Source: Myxococcota bacterium (GTDB taxonomy: Bacteria > Myxococcota_A > UBA9160 > UBA6930). From it: a stretch of 64,000 bases of DNA. The notes under the pieces are model-generated. The model did not search any database. It saw only the letters and a program-made list of their open reading frames with translations, and had not been told where the DNA came from. The DNA lies in the NCBI GenBank assembly GCA_965223705.1, contig OZ245015.1:3200001-3264000 (forward strand), read 5' to 3'. This document shows, one piece after another, positions 63,791 through 64,000 of this stretch. Made by a program: the position numbers and the translations under genes. Each line of letters opens with the position of its first letter. Positions within the stretch are counted from its first letter, which is position 1.

Positions 63791-64000
63791 CTATTTCTTC
63801 TCGTAGGTGAATGTCTTGTTGACGATCTTCCAGCCCTCTTCGGTCTCGAGGAGCGTCATCAGGTCCGTGTACCACACGTCGAGAAAGCGCGAGACCACGA
63901 TGACGCGCGCCATGTTCTCGCGCACGTCTGCCGACTCGACCCACCAGGCCGGCGAGCTCACCGGCGCCGGGGTGACCTTCGCGTCGTCTGCGGGCTTCGG
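63791..64000 (-). CDS. NTF2-like (lumazine-binding-2-like) protein, C-terminal part; runs off the window end
   Basis: Manual translation ...VRENMARVIVVSRFLDVWYTDLMTLLETEEGWKIVNKTFTYEKK-TAG. YTDxxxL and GWKIVNK are typical of this family. Confidence 0.7.
   Translation of the reverse strand, partial: PKPADDAKVTPAPVSSPAWWVESADVRENMARVIVVSRFLDVWYTDLMTLLETEEGWKIVNKTFTYEKK

Overview
A gene-dense, GC-rich bacterial chromosomal segment with about 58 CDS. No rRNA, tRNA, CRISPR array or mobile element was recognised. Most genes encode redox, lipid and xenobiotic catabolism: P450, two Baeyer-Villiger monooxygenases, acyl-CoA dehydrogenases, LLM oxidoreductases, TauD dioxygenases, thiolase/DUF35 pairs and a PQQ quinohemoprotein. 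Housekeeping-type genes include fhs, icd, gor, gloB and ada, plus a CsoR-controlled copper operon. The strongest hidden signal is three genes that the ORF track splits at an in-frame TGA lying exactly on a catalytic Cys position, each followed by a short hairpin. They are an exported Cys-free peroxiredoxin (3609-4136), an AhpD-like CxxU protein (4997-5557) and a stand-alone GrdB/PrdB-like UxxC protein (12721-13593), read here as probable selenoproteins. The second is a 1465-aa secreted fusion of a copper-radical oxidase, 2 NPCBM domains, a beta-propeller and a di-haem cytochrome c, beside two divergent MauG/bCcP-family di-haem enzymes. Also found: an FrhB-family gene heading a 2-oxoacid oxidoreductase operon, a sigma54/IHF/UAS promoter, CsoR and Ada operators, and a recurrent leaderless-gene architecture. 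All calls come from motif reading by eye; no database searches were run.
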